Shown here in pieces: positions 1-7,154 of a DNA stretch of 54,814 nt; position 1 is the stretch's first letter, and the number at the start of each line of letters is the position of its first letter. A program made the position numbers and the translations under genes. The notes beneath the pieces were generated by a model. The model was not told where the DNA came from. It was given only the letters and a program-made list of their open reading frames with translations, and did no database searches. Origin of the DNA: a virus (Duplodnaviria > Caudoviricetes); IMG/VR virus record IMGVR_UViG_3300008113_000099, positions 1 to 54,814 of that record, one strand, 5' to 3'.

Positions 1-45
1 TTCTAGTTGTTTTGCCTGATCAGTAGTTAACTCAATCTTTTGCAT
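1..45 (-). CDS. 5' end of hypothetical protein (MQKIELTTDQAKQLE...), runs off window
   Basis: ATG at 45 overlapping end of the HNH gene; frame open to the window edge. Confidence 0.5.
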   Translation of the reverse strand, partial: MQKIELTTDQAKQLE

Positions 46-370
46 TTCCAGCCCTATCCTGCCCAATCATGGACACCCAAGTGCGATGTTTATGACAATT
101 AGAACAAACAATGTCACACTTCGCAATTTCTTCTACTATTTCTTCCATTGTATGAGTAGCATACATTTTGGTTAGATTAGCTTTCTTTTCCCCTCTAACA
201 TGGTCATATTCCATTATATACCAAGGAAGGACTGTTTGGCAATCCGCACACGGCTTGTTATTTTTATATTCTTGAATAAAACGCCTTTTATGTCCAGTCT
301 TGTCTTTTCTTTTTGTTGGTAATAGTCTTTCTAGATCTGAATAATATCTATCTCTAGTTGTCTGTGTCAT
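32..370 (-). CDS. HNH endonuclease
   Basis: CADC...YDHVRG...CDIVCSNCHKHRT: zinc-binding HNH signature. Confidence 0.85.
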   Translation of the reverse strand: MTQTTRDRYYSDLERLLPTKRKDKTGHKRRFIQEYKNNKPCADCQTVLPWYIMEYDHVRGEKKANLTKMYATHTMEEIVEEIAKCDIVCSNCHKHRTWVSMIGQDRAGNAKD

Positions 371-683
371 CCAAATTTTCCATATCTACATATCCTAATT
401 GATACATAACTTCTTTAGCCGCTTCTGATATTTTCATGTTGGCATTTAAATCTTCATCGTATTCAACGTCTATTAATCCCTGCTCAAATAAACTTATAAG
501 AGCCTCATCAATCATTTCATGATGAACTTCCCACAAATCTGGAGCTAATTCCTTTGCCTTGTCTGTAATAACATAAATAAAATTACCAGACTTATCTATT
601 CCGTTGACAGTTACCGCACCTATTTCAACATAGTGCTCCATCATTTGATCAAAGCCGTCTTGGTCCATCTCAAAATCTTCCAT
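354..683 (-). CDS. Acidic hypothetical protein (possible winged-helix fold)
   Basis: 109-aa ORF with GGGAAGG RBS; no clear motif. Confidence 0.7.
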   Translation of the reverse strand: MEDFEMDQDGFDQMMEHYVEIGAVTVNGIDKSGNFIYVITDKAKELAPDLWEVHHEMIDEALISLFEQGLIDVEYDEDLNANMKISEAAKEVMYQLGYVDMENLDDTDN

Positions 684-691
684 GTGCCTTC

Positions 692-803
692 CCTATAGTA
701 CTGCCCAGCCCGAAGGCTGGGCAGCAGTAACTAGTCTTCCATCCCAAGGTACCTACAAGCACGTTGGCCAGGACCAGAGCTGTGGCTCATCCACAAACTA
801 TGG
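692..803 (-). ncRNA. Candidate structured RNA (four-way junction, UUCG-capped hairpin)
   Basis: Manual fold: P1 CCAUAGU/ACUAU(A)GG; P2 UGUGG/CCACA; P3 CUGGUC/GACUAG enclosing CCAA/UUGG and GUGCU/GGUAC; P4 CUGCCCAGCC-UUCG-GGCUGGGCAG; TATAAT at 811-816 upstream. Confidence 0.55.
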
Positions 804-816
804 TAATACAATTATA

Positions 817-918
817 CTACTTGTTCTTCTTCTCTTGCTTCTTTGCACGTTTTTCTTTTAGAGAGAGCTTAGGCTCTTTCTTTTTATTTGCGTTGCCTTT
901 TTGTTCTTTGTTAGCCAT
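817..918 (-). CDS. 33-aa lysine-rich peptide MANKEQKGNANKKKEPKLSLKEKRAKKQEKKNK (absent from ORF track)
   Basis: Strong RBS AAAGGAG 5 nt before ATG; fills the gap between the tRNA and the structured RNA. Confidence 0.75.
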   Translation of the reverse strand: MANKEQKGNANKKKEPKLSLKEKRAKKQEKKNK

Positions 919-935
919 GATTACTCCTTTCTTTG

Positions 936-1009
936 TGCGGCAGGTAGGACTTGAACCTACGATTACCGAATTATGAGTTCGGGGCTTTAACCAACTAAGC
1001 TACTGCCGC
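936..1009 (-). tRNA. tRNA with CAU anticodon (Ile2 or elongator Met), CCA not encoded
   Basis: Acceptor GCGGCAG/CTGCCGC+A; D arm TAGCTTAGTTGGTTAAAGC; anticodon arm CCGAA-CTCATAA-TTCGG; T arm GTAGG-TTCAAGT-CCTAC. Confidence 0.95.
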
Positions 1010-1020
1010 CTTATACAATT

Positions 1021-1275
1021 CTACAACAGTTGCTTGGATTTGTCTACACTTGATCGTACAAGATCCTGTACAAACTCACTAAAATGCTTTCTAATACTTC
1101 CAGGTGGCTCGTTGCCAAGCACTTCCCAGATCTTTTTATATTCAATAACATTATTATATGTTGTTGGACATAAATGATTTCCTTCATATGTTTCAAGTGT
1201 TACTGGCAGTGGCACATGTTTACCAACACAGGCACACATCATGCCATTGAATTTAGTGCTTACATATTTACTCAT
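1021..1275 (-). CDS. Hypothetical protein (Cys/His motif, possible metal binding)
   Basis: 84-aa ORF coupled to the TerL stop; CACVGKH and HLCP motifs. Confidence 0.65.
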   Translation of the reverse strand: MSKYVSTKFNGMMCACVGKHVPLPVTLETYEGNHLCPTTYNNVIEYKKIWEVLGNEPPGSIRKHFSEFVQDLVRSSVDKSKQLL

Positions 1276-3050
1276 AGTATACTCATTCCTGATATTGCAT
1301 CCAAGAGTTCTGCTGGCATCCTCTTAGGTACTCCATCTTTAGTTACCTTGCTATTTACATTATCTTCTTTGCTTCCAGCCCAAGTGTGAATATTAATTTC
1401 TCTATCGCCCTTCTGTGATCTTGATATGGCATTGTATATTGACCCGCATACGGCGTCTGCAAGGTCTTTAGAGCCCTTTCTAGGGTGGTCTACCTTATCT
1501 CTCATAATTCTTAGTTGTAAGAGCTCGTCTATGAGCAACTTAATATCTGGCCCTTTTATTCTCTCTTCCATAATACCTAGAGCCATGTCTTCGTAGTGTT
1601 TCTTTGCTACTGACAGGATCTCTGTATGTATATTATAATTTTTAATTTGCTGCATCATATCATGCGAGTTCCATCTGTCAAAAGTAACAGCTTTGATATT
1701 AAATCCTCTAGACTTAAGAGAAATAATATAATCTTTGACCTCAGTAAAATCAACAGATTTATCTGAAGTAGGTGTCCACCATCTTACTGCATCAACAATA
1801 ACTTTAGGTGCTACCTGCTCATAATCATTAAATGATCTGATCTTTACCCACTCACTTACATGAGACATAGATACCGCACAATGGTCATGCTTCTGGGCTA
1901 AATCTACGTGAACAAAATATTCCATATCATCAATAGGTTTTAGAGCCTCTTCAAATCTACCAGTAGAATTATCTACGCCGTTATTTAATACAAAAGCCGA
2001 CTCAATCTTTTCTCTTGATTTAAAGAAGGCGTCTACTGCTTCTGGTGGCATACACGCAAAACGTGACAGCGCATCTGTTGGATTTGTATAAAAAGCTACT
2101 TTAAAGTCATCAATAGTTCTAGTTGGATTAATTTGCCATGTGGGTCTACGCAGGGCAAAAGTCTTTGGAATCTTGTAGGATATGATTTGATCCTCTTCCC
2201 ACTCAATAGTAAACTCATTTCCATCCACCCCATCCGCAAGATCTTCGTCCATCTTAAACTTATGACTTAATACTTTTACTTCTTTTTGAGCAACTACCGC
2301 CTCATATCTTTGCTGGATATAGTCATTCTTATAACGTGGGAAAGAAAGAAGAATTACTTTGCCAAAGTCTGGGAAACGTGAGTCAACTGATGCACGATAC
2401 ATGTCATATATCGCTCCAGCTGTTTTTGCTTGCTCGTGACCAGTTGTATTATCAATGCTAAATCCAGAGATCTCGTCTAGGATAACTACTAGTGCGTTGT
2501 ATCCCTCAAATGCTTCTCTTTCTGAGTGACCTGAGTGGCAACTAATTCCTTTATCAAATTCAATTACGTCAGCCTTTGGAACATACTTACCTGCAAACCA
2601 AGGTGACTTATCAATTCTAGTTTTTAAGCCTTTAAAGAAAACGTTCTTTGCTTGCTGAGCGTTAACGGCGATATTGATAAGATCAATTGAGTCTCCAGGA
2701 GGTTTACCAAAATATTTTGCTGGATCTTTTAAGCATAGAAGAAGGTAAACAATATAGGCAACAGCAATGGTTGAGCAGTAGTCTTTTCCAGAACCTTTTC
2801 CTAGTTGTGCTACTACCTCATTAACTGTTTCTTTCCATCGCTTTTCACCAGCTTCTTCACCATAAAGTTTATTTAATGTTGCTCTCTTGTATATCTGAGA
2901 GCTTGCCCTGATAAGCATATATTGATATTCGGACAATGGTGGTAGACCAAGGTATTCGTTACTAACAACAAATTCATCCAACTCTACTGGACGCTCATCA
3001 AATTCTTCTCCGTCAAGAATGTCTATTATGTCTGCAAAATTAAACGACAT
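1272..3050 (-). CDS. terL: Terminase large subunit
   Basis: Walker A LGKGSGKD, Walker B VVILDE, RNase H-like nuclease motifs VHVDLA, TFDRW, KDLADA. Confidence 0.93.
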   Translation of the reverse strand: MSFNFADIIDILDGEEFDERPVELDEFVVSNEYLGLPPLSEYQYMLIRASSQIYKRATLNKLYGEEAGEKRWKETVNEVVAQLGKGSGKDYCSTIAVAYIVYLLLCLKDPAKYFGKPPGDSIDLINIAVNAQQAKNVFFKGLKTRIDKSPWFAGKYVPKADVIEFDKGISCHSGHSEREAFEGYNALVVILDEISGFSIDNTTGHEQAKTAGAIYDMYRASVDSRFPDFGKVILLSFPRYKNDYIQQRYEAVVAQKEVKVLSHKFKMDEDLADGVDGNEFTIEWEEDQIISYKIPKTFALRRPTWQINPTRTIDDFKVAFYTNPTDALSRFACMPPEAVDAFFKSREKIESAFVLNNGVDNSTGRFEEALKPIDDMEYFVHVDLAQKHDHCAVSMSHVSEWVKIRSFNDYEQVAPKVIVDAVRWWTPTSDKSVDFTEVKDYIISLKSRGFNIKAVTFDRWNSHDMMQQIKNYNIHTEILSVAKKHYEDMALGIMEERIKGPDIKLLIDELLQLRIMRDKVDHPRKGSKDLADAVCGSIYNAISRSQKGDREINIHTWAGSKEDNVNSKVTKDGVPKRMPAELLDAISGMSIL

Positions 3051-3609
3051 CTTCGCTCACATTCCTAAGACTTGTTACATTATTTTGCTCAGCAACAATT
3101 ACTTCTTCAACCTGATTAGATATTTGAGACAGCCTACGCATAATTTCATTTCTTACCTGTGGATATTCTGCAGATATATCCTTAAGTATTCCAATAAGTA
3201 TGTCTTGCTTTCTTTCTGTTTCCGCCAAATGGCTGGCAAGTTCTGCGTTGTCTAGTAATCCTAGTTGCTGAAGCATTGCAATTCTTTTTTGCTCAATATC
3301 CGCAATAAGCTTTAATGTACTAGCCTTAACATTTAGTTGTCCTGCCTGATCTGCGTCGTCTACAGTCTTCCACGCCTCTTTAATAAGCATTGCGTAATGT
3401 TGATCTGCACCAGCTACTGCTTCTTTTGCACGATCTCTTGCACTTGAATCATCACGAACAACAGCTTTCCACTCTTCAATTAAGTCAAGGACATCCTTGC
3501 GTGGTATGGATAGTGTCTTTGATATTTGTGTAGCGCTATTGCCCATCAGCATTTGTTCTACAACTTTGTTCATACGGTCAAAACGCTCTGCTAATTCTAT
3601 TTCAGACAT
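3040..3609 (-). CDS. HTH plus helical protein, putative terminase small subunit
   Basis: N-terminal HTH (SATQISKTLSIPRKDV), coiled-coil body, directly upstream of and overlapping TerL. Confidence 0.6.
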   Translation of the reverse strand: MSEIELAERFDRMNKVVEQMLMGNSATQISKTLSIPRKDVLDLIEEWKAVVRDDSSARDRAKEAVAGADQHYAMLIKEAWKTVDDADQAGQLNVKASTLKLIADIEQKRIAMLQQLGLLDNAELASHLAETERKQDILIGILKDISAEYPQVRNEIMRRLSQISNQVEEVIVAEQNNVTSLRNVSEDVV

Positions 3610-3630
3610 GCTATCTCCTGTTCTATATAA

Positions 3631-3659
3631 AGTATACTCTTGGTCAACTAAAATGTCAA
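3631..3659 (-). promoter_or_regulatory. Sigma70/SigA-type promoter for the terminase operon
   Basis: TTGACA-17 nt-TATACT, then RBS ACAGGAGA. Confidence 0.8.
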
Positions 3660-3676
3660 AGCTAATTAACTAGGAT

Positions 3677-4354
3677 TTATGCCTTAATACAACATTCATA
3701 TGGTGTGGAGCTATTTAAAAACTCTTCTGAGTGATATGGACCAAGCTCTACAATTGCAGCACGACATGACTTAAGTGGTCTTTCTAATGTGTCCCAGATC
3801 TTTTCTTCATGACCTTCTACATCCATTTTAATAATGTCTATTTCATCAATTGTAACATCATCAATAATATTGTTTATATTATCAAGCATTACTGGAAGGC
3901 TTGTCATTCCATCTATTGTACTATTTTCATCTGTTATTCCAGCTCCGCCAATATTAGTATTTGGAACTAAAATAAAGGCCTCTTTTGTTTCATCGGACAG
4001 ACCAATATCAAATAGGTTGATTGCTCCTGTAGACTCATAGTCATTATCTGACTCTAGTATAGTTTTTTCATAAACATTAACAAGTTCTTTGTTTGCCTCA
4101 AATGAGAAAACTCTTCCGTATGGACCAGTGGCTCTAGCCATGATCTCTGTAAAATAACCAATATTCATTCCTATGTCCAGGCACGTATCAGTTTCTTGTA
4201 CATTCTTTATTAGCCAATTTGTTGTCTCTGGCTCCCAGAATCCAAGCTTCTGAATGTTTCCGCCAACGTGTTCGTCTCCATCAACGACATATAGACTAAA
4301 GCCATAATTGGTTTTAGCCATAGTTATTGGGTAGATAGTTTCTACCTTTTCCAC
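3677..4354 (-). CDS. FkbM-family SAM-dependent methyltransferase (C-terminus possibly frameshifted or truncated)
   Basis: LDIGMNIGYF, VFSFEAN, IIKMDVEGHE motifs; start moved to GTG 4354 because 4342-4503 is a separate gene. Confidence 0.8.
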   Translation of the reverse strand: MEKVETIYPITMAKTNYGFSLYVVDGDEHVGGNIQKLGFWEPETTNWLIKNVQETDTCLDIGMNIGYFTEIMARATGPYGRVFSFEANKELVNVYEKTILESDNDYESTGAINLFDIGLSDETKEAFILVPNTNIGGAGITDENSTIDGMTSLPVMLDNINNIIDDVTIDEIDIIKMDVEGHEEKIWDTLERPLKSCRAAIVELGPYHSEEFLNSSTPYECCIKA

Positions 4355-4503
4355 TTCCTCTGATTCTTTATCAGACCAAAGTCTTCCAGATATCTCTGGA
4401 TTGTCATATGTGATACCTGACATTCTTCTGCTATCTCCTTTATCGTTTTCTTCTGAAGTACATATCTTCTAAATAAATAATCTTTGCTTTGGTATAGTTT
4501 CAC
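4342..4503 (-). CDS. 53-aa HTH protein MKLYQSKDYLFRRYVLQKKTIKEIAEECQVSHMTIQRYLEDFGLIKNQRKWKR (absent from ORF track)
   Basis: GTG overlaps the RuvC stop (GTGA); classic HTH pattern TIKEIAEECQVSHMTIQRYL. Confidence 0.75.
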   Translation of the reverse strand: MKLYQSKDYLFRRYVLQKKTIKEIAEECQVSHMTIQRYLEDFGLIKNQRKWKR

Positions 4504-5069
4504 TTTTTCTCCGTCAAAGTCTTCTGTGCAAAAAAAGCAATACCCACGGCATCCGCAACATCAAAATCATCTAGCTCAATACCAAAAGATCTTTTTACCC
4601 AGTCTACGGTTCTTTGCTTTCTTATTTCTCTTTGCTTTGTCTTATACCAGGAATCTGTTTTTCCTGGATTTGTAATCTTAATTCCATTCTTTTCATCATT
4701 AGTAAGGTTTTTATTTCCTATGTATGACTGCCAAGATATGGGTGCAACAGTTATTACTTCTGGGTTATACTGCATAAGTTCAGCAAGTACGACTCCGTAT
4801 ACATATGATAGTTTTATAACCGCATCAGCAGACTTAACCATAATTGCGCCTTCCATTGCAATGTAATCGGCCTTAAGCTCTTCACTAAATGCACCAATTT
4901 TGTTTCTAGCATCTGCTATCTTTTCATAAATTGTCATTCCATTAAGAAGAATCTTTCCATATCTTTCTGGTTTTCCATCTCTAAAAAGACAAAATGCTAC
5001 GGAATTAGTAGAAGCATCAATACCAATTACGGTAGATGCACTTACCTTATTTAGCTTTGCCAGCGTCAT
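4500..5069 (-). CDS. ruvC: RuvC-like Holliday junction resolvase
   Basis: VIGIDAST, IAMEG, DVADAVGIA catalytic motifs. Confidence 0.85.
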   Translation of the reverse strand: MTLAKLNKVSASTVIGIDASTNSVAFCLFRDGKPERYGKILLNGMTIYEKIADARNKIGAFSEELKADYIAMEGAIMVKSADAVIKLSYVYGVVLAELMQYNPEVITVAPISWQSYIGNKNLTNDEKNGIKITNPGKTDSWYKTKQREIRKQRTVDWVKRSFGIELDDFDVADAVGIAFFAQKTLTEKK

Positions 5070-5340
5070 TTATCATATCCAATAACTTTTTCTTAGCATT
5101 TTTTATTGCAGCAGACTCGCAAGAGGAGCAGACGGACTCATAATTATACCTACTAAGCTGTTTCCCGCACCCTTTATTCTTACATATTCTTACTGCACCG
5201 CTTCTAATTGCTTTCTTTTCATAGTATTTCTCCATGATTCTTTTGTTAGTAGCAATTCGACAGCATTCGTCAGAGCAATACTTTTGATTGTGTGTCTTTG
5301 GCTCAAAATCTAACGAGCACTCTAATCTAGCACATATCAC
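5047..5340 (-). CDS. Cys-rich zinc-finger-like protein
   Basis: CARLEC...YCSDECC and CKNKGC...CSSC; probable GTG start at 5340 coupled to the upstream stop. Confidence 0.65.
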   Translation of the reverse strand: MICARLECSLDFEPKTHNQKYCSDECCRIATNKRIMEKYYEKKAIRSGAVRICKNKGCGKQLSRYNYESVCSSCESAAIKNAKKKLLDMINDAGKAK

Positions 5341-6110
5341 TTTGGAAGATCCAACTTTTCTATAATTAAATCTCCGTGCTCTCCAGCCCAGCATTCTTTT
5401 CTTACTGGACAATACTTGCATGTAGATGTACTCTTAGTAAATGGTCTTTCTGGCAAATGTCCTGCCTGATAGTTTTTGTATACTATCCTCATCCAATCAA
5501 TAGTCTTTTCAATAAGTGCTCTGTGTCTAGCATTCATATTAATAGGCATAATAAGAATCTCATTGCTATTCTTATTTTCATACATTAAGAATCCTTCATC
5601 AAGCTTTTCAACCCACATATAAAGTAGTAACTGAATTAAGTGTGATGTGGTTGGAGCCATACTAGTTTGTCGTGCAGCAAAAACTTCATCTCTTACTGTT
5701 TTTAGCTCGCCAATTATTTCAGTGCCATACCAGTCAACAATCATATCTGCAAAGCCTCTGATTGGAGGATCATCACATAAAATTTCTCTTTCAAGCTCTT
5801 TAGCAAGGCCAGCGCTTTCTAATAAAGTTTGAATTCTTTCGTGTGCCTGCTTACCATTTTCCATGTTAGCAATTGCAATTGCGTCAAAATTGTCTTCAAA
5901 CTCACAGCCGTTAAAAGCTATGAACCAGTATCTTGGACACATGCCGTACCCATAACCAACAGTACTTGGAGAAAAGGTATGCTTCTTGGCATATCTATCT
6001 AAGTTTCTATTTGCTGTGTAGGCCTCATTCATCATTCTTCCGAATTCAATTGGGTCAAACTCACCCATTGTTTTCTTGAATTTTAAATTTGTTACTAGAT
6101 CTCTGCCCAT
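5337..6110 (-). CDS. Cas4-like PD-(D/E)XK exonuclease
   Basis: CPR, H, RGFAD, ELKT, QLLLY and C-terminal CKYCPVRKEC: four Fe-S cysteines. Confidence 0.85.
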   Translation of the reverse strand: MGRDLVTNLKFKKTMGEFDPIEFGRMMNEAYTANRNLDRYAKKHTFSPSTVGYGYGMCPRYWFIAFNGCEFEDNFDAIAIANMENGKQAHERIQTLLESAGLAKELEREILCDDPPIRGFADMIVDWYGTEIIGELKTVRDEVFAARQTSMAPTTSHLIQLLLYMWVEKLDEGFLMYENKNSNEILIMPINMNARHRALIEKTIDWMRIVYKNYQAGHLPERPFTKSTSTCKYCPVRKECWAGEHGDLIIEKLDLPK

Positions 6111-6440
6111 TTAGTTTCTCGCAGCATATTTTAGTGCATCAACTAGTCTATCAATAGCTTCTTTTGCAGAGTAGTAAATATTCTTTTTGTTATAGTTCAA
6201 AGTGTTGCTCTTATCTCTGCCGAAAGTTGTGTAATAGGCAGCGAGTACGGCTAGTTTTGCGCTGATTGCTTGCAATTCAATAATTAACATTGGGGCTTTT
6301 GCTGAAGGAATGTCAGGATTCATAATTAACTTAACAACAATTGCTAATGCTCTATCAAGCTGTTCATCCTTCATTAAGTCATGAAGGTCGTTAAATTCTG
6401 TTACATCACTAATTAGCTCTAGTACGCTTTTGTCTGACAC
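6111..6440 (-). CDS. Hypothetical helical protein
   Basis: 109-aa ORF abutting the Cas4-like gene. Confidence 0.7.
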   Translation of the reverse strand: MSDKSVLELISDVTEFNDLHDLMKDEQLDRALAIVVKLIMNPDIPSAKAPMLIIELQAISAKLAVLAAYYTTFGRDKSNTLNYNKKNIYYSAKEAIDRLVDALKYAARN

Positions 6441-6522
6441 GCTTATCCAATCTATCTATAAATAATCCCAATGGATATCCAACTGAAAATCCTAACATAA
6501 TACCAAATAAGAAACCTGTCAC
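6409..6522 (-). CDS. 37-aa single-pass membrane peptide MTGFLFGIMLGFSVGYPLGLFIDRLDKRVRQKRTRAN (absent from ORF track)
   Basis: GTG overlaps the upstream TGA, GGAG upstream; hydrophobic Gly-rich N-terminus with basic tail. Confidence 0.6.
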   Translation of the reverse strand: MTGFLFGIMLGFSVGYPLGLFIDRLDKRVRQKRTRAN

Positions 6523-6662
6523 TTCTTTTTCTCCAGGTTCTTCTTGTGTACTGTTAAATAAGGACCTAGGTCAGCTTTAATAGCTCCGTCCTTGCGAATT
6601 CTTACTATTCTGCCATTCTTAATGACAGTTTTATTCATTGGATGCTTATTATTTGATCCCAT
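6519..6662 (-). CDS. 47-aa basic peptide MGSNNKHPMNKTVIKNGRIVRIRKDGAIKADLGPYLTVHKKNLEKKK (absent from ORF track)
   Basis: RBS GGGAGGA before ATG; fills the gap in an otherwise tightly packed operon. Confidence 0.65.
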   Translation of the reverse strand: MGSNNKHPMNKTVIKNGRIVRIRKDGAIKADLGPYLTVHKKNLEKKK

Positions 6663-6960
6663 GATTATCCTCCCAAAATGTAATTAGTTCTTCTAAAATT
6701 GCCCACTCAATTATCCCAAGCCTGACTTTTGAATCTGTGCCTAATATTATCTTGAGTGCTGGATACATATCTCTATTGACTCTAAATGTATCAGTACATA
6801 TTTTTGACCATACTGGCTTATTCAATGTAAAAGATGAAGATGCTTCCTTATAGTCTACGAGGAACTGTTTCCACTGTGCGTCACCCTTTTGATAATCACC
6901 ACGGCCACTATTTTTTTGAGCCTTAGCGCCATCACGCTTTACTTCACCACGCTCTGACAT
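6649..6960 (-). CDS. Small PD-(D/E)XK nuclease, Hjc-like resolvase candidate
   Basis: E...SG...KGD...LVDYKE pattern. Confidence 0.6.
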   Translation of the reverse strand: MSERGEVKRDGAKAQKNSGRGDYQKGDAQWKQFLVDYKEASSSFTLNKPVWSKICTDTFRVNRDMYPALKIILGTDSKVRLGIIEWAILEELITFWEDNHGIK

Positions 6961-7154
6961 TATGCTAAATTAACTCTTGATGTGTGCCCATCTGGACATA
7001 CCCAGAATATAAAATATTCTGAGCGATTATACTCTGCTTCGCTGACAACTTTATTGCATGTCTGGCAACTAAATGCGCCACCCATTTCTATTTTGTCTTC
7101 AGATACGACAGTTGGCTTAGGCTTTTTGCCTATTAGATCTTCAATCTTGCCCAT
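6960..7154 (-). CDS. Small zinc-ribbon protein
   Basis: CQTC...CPDGH. Confidence 0.65.
   Translation of the reverse strand: MGKIEDLIGKKPKPTVVSEDKIEMGGAFSCQTCNKVVSEAEYNRSEYFIFWVCPDGHTSRVNLA

Noticed and set aside
692-935. tRNA-associated theta/HDV-like or hammerhead ribozyme
   Set aside because: No nested double pseudoknot found by eye and no CUGANGA...GAAA core; the structured block is not adjacent to the tRNA 3' end
936-1009. Initiator tRNA-fMet or attachment site
   Set aside because: The 1-72 pair is Watson-Crick, there are no three G-C pairs in the anticodon stem, and no integrase or duplicated tRNA 3' end was seen
5337-6110. CRISPR-Cas system implied by the Cas4-like gene
   Set aside because: No repeat-spacer array and no cas1/cas2 or effector genes seen; context is recombination
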